Source of the DNA: Trichinella spiralis
Taxonomy: Eukaryota
Length of the DNA stretch: 64,000 nucleotides
Assembly: GCF_000181795.1 (NCBI RefSeq)
Contig: NW_003526941.1
Span: 5,991,008 to 6,055,007 of the forward strand
Direction: 5' to 3'
Shown here: positions 12,841 through 27,351 of the stretch, piece by piece
Layout: each line of letters begins with the position of its first letter
Numbering within the stretch: the stretch's first letter is position 1
Notes under the pieces: generated by a model
The model's input: the letters and a program-made list of their open reading frames with translations, nothing else
Database searches by the model: none
What the model was told of the DNA's origin: nothing
Position numbers and translations under genes: made by a program

Positions 12841-15027
12841 ATGGGCTGTTACATGTTTTTTCAAAATCCTCTTTTTTATCCTGGTTCATCCGATCAGCGT
12901 TCACCAACGCATAAACTGTCGTCTCAGTTTTCTTTTCCAAACAGTAAGTTTGAAATTATAATAATATTTTATACACTTAATGCATAGATAATTATTATAT
13001 CATTCTGTCTTTGCCAAAGTATAAACTTTGAGTACAGCTGTACGTATATGCAAGTTAAATTTTAACAGTTCCTGAACGAAAAATACTTTCTCAATAATGT
13101 ATGAAATTGTATTCGTTTTAACTTACCAAATCAAAAATTTTCCACTATGGTTGAAAGTATTTGTATTTTTCATAATTTAAACAATATTGAAGATTAAATT
13201 TGATTAATTAATCAAATCGCAGTCATAATTAACAGCAAAGTTAAAGGAATTACTTGAAGTTGAGGCTGTGCCATGTTATGACATCATTTTGTTTGTTCAA
13301 ACGAGTTCAGCAAACTATTTACTGCTGCATTGGATTTCATGAGCACCAATGTTCAATAAATAACAAAAATCTGGTTTTACACACTCATATGTATATTTAA
13401 AGCTTTGATATATTTAATAACTTAATTTAAGTATTTTATACGTTTTGCAGTTTTATTCAGTAGTGTACATTTTCAGTTGTGAAAAAAATACAACGAATTT
13501 CGTCAGTTAGCACATGTTTGTATCAGAACTTTAATCTGTTTAATTATATGGAAACTGTTTCAATCAAGATTTGTAATAAAAATTGTTTATTTCATTAACT
13601 AATAAATTTTTTTTAAGAATTATTAAAGGAACTTGATCCTGAACTGAGAAAAGATGTAATTGACCTTTTGGTTCCATTTAACAGTCTCCACATACATAGT
13701 ACAGTTGGAAAAGGTAAGTTTGCAATTGTAATGTGAATATTTTTTTTGTATTCATCAAAACTGTCTATATTTAGGGCATTTTAGTGAAGTTTTCAAAGGG
13801 TATATTAGTTACAGCTCGACGAAATGTCAAACGGTTGCTATCAAAATGTTGAAACGTGAGTAATATACTGCTTTTTTTCTTTTCATGTTTCGAGATCTAT
13901 TTTGTATTATAATTTACATCATGTAGAGAAATTCTTTCAAAAATTCCTCTGTAATATTATTTGTACTTAAAATTATTCAAATTCAGCTGACCGTGCCCAA
14001 AAAGTAGTTGAAATTGAACAATTTTTACAAGAAGCAGCATTAATGAAGAATTTTAACCATCCAAATGTGTTATGTATTTTTGGTATATCTATTAGTGAAA
14101 GTGGCATTCCGATGATGATATTGCCATTTGTGGAAATGAGGGATCTTCGTACGTTTGTGGCGGATGCTGCCAGAGTAAGATATTCAATCGAAAAGAATTC
14201 ATGGATTGTATATATTTTAGTAGTTAATGATAGAGCCATTATTCTGTTTAGGAATTACTTGTTATACATCTGCTCAATTTTGGCAATCAGGTTGCCCAAG
14301 GAATGGCATATTTAGCCAGTAATGGTTATGTTCATCGTGATTTGGCAGCCAGAAATTGCTTGTAAGTTAGTTACTTGGTAAATTTTCAAATTAAATTTCA
14401 AAAATGTTATATTAAAGAGTTTCCAGTAATTTTACAATCAAAGTTGGTGATTTTGGTTTGGCAGTAAATCTTTACAAAGCTGACAAAGAGTTGAAATCGA
14501 CGAGAAATTTTCCAGTAAAATGGATGGCCATTGAAAGTCTCCGAGATCACCGTATCTATAATGAAAAAACTGATGTGGTGAATAATTTTTCTTTTGAAAC
14601 AATATTCAAGTGCGAATTGAATTTATCAATTTAATTTAACAATTGTACTTTCAGTGGTCATTTGGTATATTATTGTGGGAATTGATGACCCGTGGAGCAC
14701 TTCCATATGCAGAGATAAGCAACTGCCGTTTGAAAGCAGCTCTTGAAGCTCACGTGCGACTTGGTCCACCGGAACAGTGTCCAAAAGACATGTAAATAGT
14801 AAAATAATTGCAGAATAGGGAAGAATTACAGTATTCATTTCAGCTATCACTTGATGCTTATTTGTTGGAGACAGCAGCCGAGAGAGAGGCCGACATTTTT
14901 TGAACTTTGTTCTGAAATGAAAACTCTTCTAGAAGCACATTCGGGAAAATACTTTGGACGATTTAACTCTGATCCATATTACCAAAAAGTGATGCCCACT
15001 CAAAAATTTTTGAAATGCTACACGTGA
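12841..15027 (+). CDS. Met/Ron-like protein tyrosine kinase with no visible ectodomain or transmembrane helix
   Basis: [14 protein letters not shown]...[76 protein letters not shown]. The first exon (12841-12943) is inferred from splice-phase compatibility. Confidence 0.8.
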
Positions 15028-15318
15028 GCATTTGCGCTGAGGTAAAGCGAAGTTAGAAAAACTTTTTCTTTCTTTCAAATTTATTTTTATTCTATTCTGT
15101 CTATTCATAATTTTTACTGAAAGAAAAAATTCTTTTTAGAAGTAATGGAAGATGATAAGAAACATAAATTGTATATAGCTCTTGATGTACAATACGCACC
15201 CGATGATATTTCTTGGTTCTTTTGAAAATATGAACAATACTACTACTACTACTAATATAATAATAATAATAACAACAACAGCAATAGCAAATTTATATAA
15301 CCAGTCACCACCTTTGAT

Positions 15319-17442
15319 TCAGAAACTGTTACAAAATACAAAATCATGATCTGTATCTAATATATTCGGCCGGAGGATCACTTTAAATCGACTTTTAAAA
15401 TATCGCCATCTAGTCGGCCAATTGCAGCAAAGAAAGGCAATTCCACTATTCAAATGAGTGGCGGCGTCAACCAATCCGACCATTCTGTCCGGCAAAGTTT
15501 TCTTCCAAAATGATACCGTTTCCAAAAATTTTACGGAATTGCTAAACTTGAACGTGCTACTTGAGAAGCTCTGTTCGAAACTCGGCAGCACTGAAATACA
15601 CGATGCAGCGCGTCTACTCTTGGTCGGATATTCGTCAACAGCTTCAGAGTCGTTGTAATTCAGCCAACTTGATGTGAAATCGACATCCTCAGATCCGGGC
15701 TCGGCGTCGGCTACTTGAACGCGAGTTTGCAAAGCAATTGCATCTTGTTCTATTTTTTCAACTTCTTTCAGCCAACATTCAGCATTTTCCGCGTCAATCA
15801 TAATGAGCAGTCTTGAATTGGATTTCAATATATTAGCACGCCAACAAGTCAACAAGTCGTCCAACGTGAATACATCATCTGAAGATGAACAGAAGAAACG
15901 TGCATTGTACACTTTGTCAAATAATTTTTCAAGGTAAAAGCAACTAGTTCAGTCAGTAAGAAAAGCAGCAATATTACCTTTCAACTGCCAGTTTCCTTGA
16001 ACATCCGTTGGTCCGTTGTAATACAAAAAATAAGAGTCGTACTGTAAACCGTCTTCAGTAATGCAGGTAAAGAATGAATTGATCTCGTCCAATAGGACCG
16101 TTTTCTCCACATCGTCACGAACTAAATTCTCTGGTCGATGGAAATGAAGCATTCGTTTCTTGAAAAACTGTAACAAACGATTTCCCACTGTCTTCATTTT
16201 GTCCTTCTTGTTTTGAACAATGAATAAAGCATAGGCAATACAGCTACCGCCGAGGCTGTTGCTCAGTAAACGGCTGAGATCGACAATCGCCAATTCGAAA
16301 ATAATTACTGACAGCAATGAATAGAAACTGAACAACGTGATGACCGAATACAAACACAGAGAAAGGAACAAACTACTCAGCATAGCACATCCTGATAACC
16401 AAAATACCACCGTACCGTATGCTCTCAAGCCGTTGTTCATCAACTGCAGTCGTGCACGCGTCTGTTCACAGATTGGTTGCGTGCAGTTTTGGACGCTTTC
16501 CATTCCAAATCGACGGAACATAGACAAAAGCAATATCCAATTGGGAAAATGGATCAACAGCCACATTATCAAGATGAACATGAAAACTGGCCACAGCAGA
16601 GTCAACTGTGGATGTTTGACAGCAGCCAGAAGGTGACTAGCGATGTAGAATATTGTCAGCAATATGTAAAAAATGTAAATTAAGTTGTAATGCAAAGTTT
16701 TCAAATGAAACACCGACAACCAGCATTGAAATTGACGTCGACGACCAAACAGAAATTGCATCAGCGGACGAACGTAAATCCAGGTGATCAATCCGTATTG
16801 AAACAGCAGAAGCCAATCATCTTTTTTCGAAGAACAGACGAAATCGTGGATGACAGTGACCAAAAACAATATCAGTGCAAACGAAACTTTCAACGTTAAC
16901 ATTAAGGCAAGCAAAATGTACAGCATAGCACGAAGCAGATGAATCAAAACGGATAAAGTATCATCTACTACGAGACTGAAGCTGAGTAAAATTCCCAAAA
17001 AGCTACCCCACGGAACGTTGTGTTGAAAATTGGCAGAAAACTGACCATCAACGGCTGCGATATATTCGCAAACAGCTCTCATCATGAAACCGCCAAACAG
17101 TAAACTTTGTTCGATTGTAAGCAGCCGGTTCGAAATGTCGGCTTCTACTGAAACTTCGGATAAAAAAGTCAACGCAAACCCAACCCAAGCGTCCACCAAC
17201 ATTCCGTACCAAAGGTGACCTCTTACAGAGCGATATACAGTCGACGTCAAGCTGAGCAATATTCCAAAAATTGCCACAAGCAACAGATAACGTCTCTCTG
17301 CATGTCCACTAGCAAAGTAAACAAGCGCAACTGTTGCGCCTGAAATGAAAAATATTTCTGATAGCAGCTGAATCCTGTCAATTGCAGTCCATCGAAATTT
17401 CAATTTTTCTTTATGTGAAAGAAGTGGTACAGTTGCGTCCAT
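15319..17442 (-). CDS. TMEM168: TMEM168-like multipass membrane protein (2 exons)
   Basis: Hydrophobic N-terminal two thirds followed by LGGSCIAYA, GLQYDSYFLYYNGPTDVQGNW, SRLLIMID and ILDTDHDFVF, matching my recollection of the TMEM168 C-terminal domain; one GT-AG intron at about 15977-15879. Confidence 0.75.
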
Positions 17443-18743
17443 CGCCTAGATCCTTTCTATTGAAGCACTGTCATTTGCATAATGGCATCTTGCAATTGCA
17501 GAGTAATTCAATTTGTAAAAAAATGTCATTTCAGTAAAAATAATGAGTTGTGCAAAGAATAATTACACACGATAAAAATGGTGCTGGTTGGAGCTCATTG
17601 TTAGCAAATTGTAAAACGATATCGACATTGGAAGTTTTCAGGAAAAACGTGAGGTAGGTAAAACTCTTATTAAAAATTTGTTAAAAAACCAACACTTTTT
17701 TCACATATGTAAAAATTTGCTACAGTAGAATACCGTAGTCGATCCAGTGCCATGAGCACAATCAGGATGTATTATATGTTTATTTATTTTCGTGTTTCAA
17801 ATTTGATTTTTTACACTTTCGTCACGACAATTTTGGAATGGACAATCATATACTAGAAATGCATGCATGAATACTGTGCCTTCTGCTTATTAGTTCTCCG
17901 CCACGCCTCTGTGTATTTTATCATGATCATTACTCATTTTCAGCATTTACTCTGGTAAAAGTTTCAAGTGGTAAAAGTGAATTGCGGTGGAGTTAAAAAC
18001 CCTTTCATTTTCAGTGAGAAACTTTGACCTGTACAGAATCGTATTTCTAGCTAGACTGAAGAATAACAACATTTATGACTATGCCTACTTCTTTTTAAAA
18101 ATAATCAGAGAAAAAAAGTCCGAGCAAATTGCAAATGTATTTCAGTTTTTAATGAAGATTTGTATATTTCTTGTATGTTGACGAACCAATAATTTATTGT
18201 TTTTTAAAATTAAAAAATCATGTATATTTAATCAGTAAATAGAATTACGTAAACATTATCAAAATCTTTTCTAAATACGAAGCCCACAGAATATTAATTT
18301 TCAAAGACAGATTACTGTAAAAGTATTATACAACCTGCAGATCTGTTTATGTCGCATAGTATGATTGTGATAGTGAAATTTTTGCTGGTAATTATGGCAA
18401 TTTTAATTGATGAATTTTTACAACGATGTAACATTTTATCGAAATTCTCCGGCTGCTGTTAATTAATGCATTGAACTGTGATTCACGGGAAAAGAATCAT
18501 CAGACAAGACTGCAGTTCTTTACAAATATATTTCATTTATTTTAGATGTTTCCTTTATTTAACAACTGAATTGTTTAAGTGAACTTTCGTAATGCGAGAA
18601 TTAAAACCTGCGTAGTGCGTTACAGTATGCAACGCGAAATTGATATCAGTCTTGCAGGTTTACTAGTTGTTTACGATGTGTATTAACGCTAAAGCAGAAT
18701 GTTGATTTGTTTGTGGGTGTGACAGCAAGTACTTAACATATAA

Positions 18744-21335
<2,592 letters not shown>

Positions 21336-21584
21336 TGTTTTGACGATTTGTTTATTTACCTCTTTTTTAATTTAGATTTATTTCTGCACCTTGTTTTGAA
21401 AAATGCATTTTTGAAATGCAAATGTATGAAATTAGTTTTGTGAAAGGCAAGCTATTTTCCCCTGTTTTTTTTCTCAATTTGACTGATTGATGAAATTGAA
21501 CTTTAAGTATTACTACTATGAAATATTGCTGCCGATGATTATTGATTTGATAGTTTGTAATGTTTTGTGAGAGAGGACAAAAAA

Positions 21585-22103
21585 ATGAACAATATTTTCA
21601 GGCGTATGAACGGTTTTTGCAAACGTGTCGACGTGGGCATAATAAGCTTGTTGGGCGGTATATTTCAGCGCTGTTCAATATCGCGCAAGGATTACCCCTT
21701 TCCTCCGTTGGAGGAGCCGGATTTGGAGGAGAAGTTCGTCAGCGGCCACGGTCCCGGCGGTCAGAACGTGAACAAGAGGCAGAATTGTGTTTTCCTGCGC
21801 CACGTGCCGACCGGCTTGTCCGTGAAGGTCCACGAAGACCGTCTGTTGCAGAGGAATCGGATCATCGCCAGGGTTCGTCTCCAAGAGAAGCTGGATCAGC
21901 TGCTGAACGGTGAGAACAGTTTTTTGGCGTTGAAAGCCAAAGAGCTGAAGCAAAAATCACTGAAAGCACAGTGGAAGAGACGAAAAGGTCGGGAGATGAA
22001 ACGTCTGGCTAAGGAGCGACAGCAGCAGATGCTGCTGGCTGGCGAACCGTCTGCGGTGGACAATTTGACCAACGACCAGCAACCTGACGACCACCTGGAC
22101 TGA
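21585..22103 (+). CDS. MTRFR: Mitochondrial class I peptide-release-factor homolog (C12orf65/MTRFR type), intronless
   Basis: LEEKFVSGHGPGGQNVNK (GGQ motif), CVFLRHVPTG, NRIIARVRLQEKL and a basic C-terminal tail; no codon-recognition domains; Arg-rich N-terminus. Confidence 0.88.
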   Translation: MNNIFRRMNGFCKRVDVGIISLLGGIFQRCSISRKDYPFPPLEEPDLEEKFVSGHGPGGQNVNKRQNCVFLRHVPTGLSVKVHEDRLLQRNRIIARVRLQEKLDQLLNGENSFLALKAKELKQKSLKAQWKRRKGREMKRLAKERQQQMLLAGEPSAVDNLTNDQQPDDHLD

Positions 22104-22286
22104 ATATGTTAGATGTTTTTTGTTTCCCACAAGCATAAACGGTGAGTTTTGTGTTCGGGCATAGATTTCCCACTCATTTCAGGTAAAACTTTCCCTTCAC
22201 TGCAGGATGCGCGCCTTTTGAATTGAAGACAGAAAATAAGCGCACGTTGTCATTTTTGAAACATCAACGACAACAAGCTGGATATT

Positions 22287-22307
22287 ATGTATATATACAT
22301 ATATATG

Positions 22308-22339
<32 letters not shown>

Positions 22340-22347
22340 CATATATA
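22287..22347. repeat. Imperfect (TA)n microsatellite
   Basis: Direct reading: atgtatatatacatatatatgtatatatatat... Confidence 0.85.
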
Positions 22348-22430
22348 TTGGATCAATTTGGCAGAAATGTTTCATTTAATTTAATAAAGAAAATTTTTTA
22401 AAAAGAAGAATCTATATAGAAGCGACACCG

Positions 22431-22457
22431 TATTATTATTATTATTATTATTATTAT
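22431..22457. repeat. (TAT)n microsatellite
   Basis: tattattattattattattattattat. Confidence 0.85.
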
Positions 22458-22740
22458 CATCAGTCAAGTTCAGCTAGGTGAGAAGAAGAAAAGTATGTAT
22501 GTATAAATATATATACAGTGTGGTTGGTGGGCTGTTTTCTAACACTACTGCACACAATTTCATACTAAAGTGCAAAAAGCGAAAGATATACGGAAAATAA
22601 ACTGGGTTAAAAAATGGAGAACATGGAAAAAGTGTTCATTCTCCAACAAAATACATATATATATACATATGCTCAGACTAGAGAAACAGTCAATTTAGAT
22701 TGACTTTTTACACGTCATCGTTGCAAACTCGACAAAGTGA

Positions 22741-22763
22741 ACAAACAAACAAACAAACAAACA
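22741..22763. repeat. (ACAA)n microsatellite
   Basis: acaaacaaacaaacaaacaaaca. Confidence 0.8.
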
Positions 22764-22836
22764 TGAAATTTCTGAGAGGATAGAAAAAAATAGAAATTAA
22801 AGATGTACTACAGATACCCTAACCACACCCGCTTGT

Positions 22837-24615
22837 TTAGTCGTTTGAGTCGTCTGAATTTTCAGGGAGCAATTTCTTGGCTTTTTTGTACATGTCGACA
22901 CTAGCAGACGTCTTTCCATAAGCGACCAAACGCCAACGCTCGTCCATTTCATGCGAATTTGGCACTGGCAATGGAAGCTTTAGAGGTGGCGCTTCGAGAA
23001 CAATTTTCAACACCTTCTTAGCAGGCAAGACGACATTTTTCAAACCGTTGTTCGTTTCCTCTTTAATTCGAGGTAACTTCTGCACACTGGAATGCAATAC
23101 TGCACTTGTATTTGCACTTGCACCTTCAATACTGCGCATCAAAAGACGGCGAACCGACTTCTAAACCAACAAATAAGTCACGTTGATATTAATGATAATT
23201 TTTTATTAATTATCACCATTCGATGCTTTTGCAAAGTATCTGCTTCGTCTTTCTTGATCACCTCCCGTATATCTTCAGCAGAGGGTGGCTATACGAAAAG
23301 AAAATAATAAATACAAACGCATTCGGATTTCAGAAAAAATGCATCAAGCTTACGCTGCTTAGCAAACTGGACGAATTCAACGCTCCTTCTCGACGTTCCA
23401 AATCGCGCATTGCTTTTTTGAATGGTGTCGGCGTACGTGGGGACAGTGGAGCCACATAACGCTGCTTCGTTGGTGTAGTAAAACTGTATTTTAAAAAAAT
23501 ATATATAGAAAATATTGAATATTTAGACAAAATGGTGAATAGAGAAATTAAAATAAGAAATAACCTGAACAAGGGGAAGAAATCATTGTCGTCGTTTTCA
23601 TCCAACGAATTATTTTGTCGTGGAAGCAAATCTGGGTTGAGGTCGTCCTTCATGGAGTCATCACCGAAATCATCAAATGCATTCTGGAATAGAAGAAAGC
23701 GTTCACTTTAATTGCTAACAGCATGGAAATGAAGAACCTTCAACGGCGGGCAAAGTAAAGTTTTTGAAGAATTCAATCTTTCAATTACTTTAGAACCAGG
23801 TCTTGGGGTTGATGTCAAAGGCTTAAGCACGGTATTCTTTTGACTCACGTTGCGCACTTTGCTGTATGACAAGTGCGCCGTTTCGGGCGAACCCACCGGG
23901 ATCAACAGTCGACTTAAGTCCTTCGGGAAAATTGTACGTTTATTGATTTGCAAATGGACTGCAGTGTCCATTTTCAATTTATCAGCACGATTCAGAACTT
24001 CCTGAAACGAAGGCGTCTGCATGTTCGGCCGGCGATTTTGTCCCGAAGTGTTCGGAGTAGAAAAGTCGGGATAATCGGGCGAAGAATTCACCTTCGTACT
24101 ATCATCATCGTATCTGCAACGAATTGAATGTATAGAAAATAATTTTTTCTTAAAAAACAATTTCATTAAAAAAAACAAGAAAAAAAACTAGTTGTAAGTT
24201 ATTCATTCATTATACACGACGATTCAATTGAGAAGACGAAAAATCAATTGCTGCATAAGAGAAGGGAAAAAGAAAAATTACTTCAAAGGCGAAATTTTAC
24301 GGTCTGTGAACAAATAGCGGCCAACTTTAGCTTCCTCCATGACGCAGCGATCCGAATGCCAAAAGCTATTCGCCGGGGTTTCAACCAAACATTCCATTGG
24401 CCCTACCTTCTGAATAACGTACAAAGGAAAAAGTACAATTATTTATGCAAATTTAAAACTTTTAATTCCAATAAACGTTATGCGAGATAAAAAAAAACGT
24501 TTCTCACTTCAATAGGCGATAGGTAGCCGCTGTCCAATTCCGAAACGGACAGACGAGGAGGTTTTTTCAAGCATGCAAGTGTGGCCGCGTATTGACTCAA
24601 GTCCGAAGAATTCAT
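22837..24615 (-). CDS. Myb-family C-terminal-domain protein (B-Myb/Dm-Myb-like), 7 exons, about 415 aa, no Myb repeats found
   Basis: SPRTPTPFKKAMRDLE (Myb conserved region TPTPFK), PPSAEDIREVIKKDE, KSVRRLL and C-terminal WRLVAYGKTSASVDMYKKAKKLL (resembling the B-Myb MuvB-binding segment); all introns are GT-AG and phase-consistent. Confidence 0.8.
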
Positions 24616-24761
24616 AATTTTCCCCTTATGCAGGCTGTGAAGCCTACCGTGGTGGGTCACGTACGATTCTTCAGGCCACTACGCGAACAAAACGACGTGA
24701 CGGGGCACGCCACGCCATCTGCTCTCTGAGTGCTGCAATGAATTTCTGTCATACTGTAGTA

Positions 24762-24775
24762 TTCAAGCGCGAAAA
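24762..24775 (-). promoter_or_regulatory. E2F site TTTTCGCGC directly followed by a CHR-like TTGAA
   Basis: Minus strand reads TTTTCGCGCTTGAA, about 150 nt upstream of the Myb-like ATG. Confidence 0.55.
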
Positions 24776-27351
24776 TTACTGTAAATTGTCGATAAACAGA
24801 AATTACATTGAAAAAAAATTAAGAAAATAATGGAAAACTGATGATTATCATAATAAAATGCTATTCTGAGCTTGAATAAATGCTTTGTGAATAAATGCTG
24901 GTTGAACATTACGGAACAATATTTATTTTTATGTCAGATACTACCTGAAAATCACTATTGAATAAATTTTCATAACTTGAAAAGCAAAAGTGGTTTGCAT
25001 TGAAAATTTTCAAAGTTGATCCGTTTTCTATGAAATGTAAAGAATTGTGAAAAAGGCAATTTTAATAAGTTCAAGCAGTATACTTCAACTAGTTACGGGA
25101 GCTGCTGGCCGAGTTGATTGTGCAATGGTTTTCATGGTGAAAAGCTTAATCTGACTGCACTGTTTCTAGTAGCGCCTCAGTCAGTCGGCGTGATCATTCA
25201 TGCATGATATACATATTCCGGTCAGCTATTGTTTCAGGCAGTGCAGCTGTTCACCAAGTGCTATTATTTGTCAAGTAGTATTGGCCGGCTTGAGGTCGCC
25301 TGGCGGATATTTGAGAATTGCTCTTGGATAGGAAACGGTGCTCTCAGCTGGGTCAGTCATATGACAAAAAAAATAAAAAGTGAATGCAAACGGAATCGCT
25401 AATCTCAATAGGTCTGTGAAAGTCTCAAATCAGCTTTCCCTTTCAGTATCACATTGTTATTCTCTTTTATTTCCCTGGCATATGTTGAGTAAAAATGCAA
25501 CAGTTTCGTCGAAAAGTATTCGATACTAGAATGCCCTAATAAAAAAGGTGAAACGTGTTATTTTGATTACTGTTCATAAATATTTTTAAATAAATGTGTT
25601 CAAAGAAGAGGAAGTTATTCTTCAAGTTTGATGGAAAATTGTTCAATAAGTTAACTTTTTTTCATTGTTATAACTGGAATTTTCAGATTTTCACAAATTA
25701 TGCAATTGTTTAAATATTGGCGACTGCATTCACGGTTATATTTGTATTGCATTTAATCGCACCAGATGGCTTCAAGGTTGCCTGATTAAGGTCACCGTTG
25801 ACGTGTTTGTTTGCATGCAAGCTAACGTTAATTAAACAGATTGTGCGGTGGATCGGCGATGGTGGACGTGCTTGGGGTGTAATCAAGTTTTTCAGCATTT
25901 CTCGTTCACAGCAGCCGGCGTTCGTAATGCTTCAACGAACATTTGAAGAAAATTTCACTTTCTCTTTTGTGAAATTAATACTAAAACGGTGTACTATCAG
26001 GTGTAGGATGCTGTAAGAATTCAAAGAAATCAAATTTTCCGTTGTTTATTATTTATTTTTTTTAAATTTTATATTGATAAGCAGAAATTTTAGTAATAAT
26101 AAGCATGTATTCTACACATAATACGCATAATACACGGAATATAGTTAAACCATGAATTAGATAAATACTATGTGCATGTTTAGTTATTTGAAATCAAAAT
26201 TGTTTGTAGCAATATTGATAATCTTACCAATAAATGGTTCTTTTTGAAGTCGCTACATTTAATGAGCGTTAGTTTAATCGCTCTAATTTTATCTGAACCG
26301 TTTATTAATGACTGTTGTCGCACAGAAAAACATTTTTATTATCTTATAAATCTTCCTTCTGTGGTCAAACGGAACTTTATCTTCATTTAAATTATTTCGT
26401 TTCTTTCATTTTTAAAATTTTCTGATTGTTTTAAGAAAAAAACGAAAAGGAAAATTACGAAAACAAATAGATTGTTTCCACTAGTTTAATGCATATATTG
26501 AGATTTAAAAAATCATTACGAAACCTAAGTATTGTTAACCGATTCCATGATATATTAATTTAACATAGTTAAAAATTTTTAATGCTGTTGTATGGTGTAC
26601 AATATTTAATTATGCTATTCTGCATCACTTTTCTTCATTTATGTTTTAAGCGTAATGTTTGTTGCCATAAAATAGAATTGAAATTAGCAGTAAAAAAAGC
26701 CCTGTATACTTTGTATTACATAAAATTATGTTTTCAATTTTATGAACAACTTAAAATTTTGAAATAAAATTCTCAAGCAATATGAAGTCAGATACAATCC
26801 TAAATAAATATAAAGCGTACTGTAATGTATAAAGGTCCATCTAGAAATGTATTTCTAAATTTTGAAGCAAGTTTATTTGTTGATATATTTATAATATGTA
26901 AATGTAAATGTTTGTTTGTTAAAATAAAGGTATTAAATAATGCCGTTTTGTGTTTATGACTTTCATGCATCGTGCATTATGAATGAAAGTAATACTAAAA
27001 TTAATATAATTTAGGTTATTTAATTATTTTTTCTGTAATTTGTAAGACGAACACTCTGCTACTGTTGTTTTGCCCACAACAAATATTTTAGCATTTCAAA
27101 AATAATTAAGTAATTTTGCAAAATAAGTATCAGAAAAAATAATAAATTTTATAAATCCTGTTTTTTGCCTTTTTAAACTATACATTTTATTCAAAAGCGG
27201 CTTGGAAGCGCATCATTTTTGCTGATTGTCTGTTGTTGATAATAAAGTTCCATTACTATGACAAGTTGTAGCCTGCGTTTACCGTAATCATTTGCTATCC
27301 GAGTGACGTTACTGCTTTTGCTTTCTACGGCGACGTGCTGTTGTGAACAAA

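Noticed and set aside
15458..16899. Plus-strand ORFs within TMEM168
   Set aside because: Antisense shadows of a long coding exon with no protein motifs.
21560..21953. Alternative-frame and antisense ORFs over MTRFR
   Set aside because: Explained by stop-codon depletion in a GC-rich CDS.
25081..26016. GC-richer blocks between the Myb-like gene and RPL12, checked for Myb repeats and ncRNA
   Set aside because: No Trp-periodic Myb motif, no consistent exon and only short inverted repeats; probably regulatory DNA.
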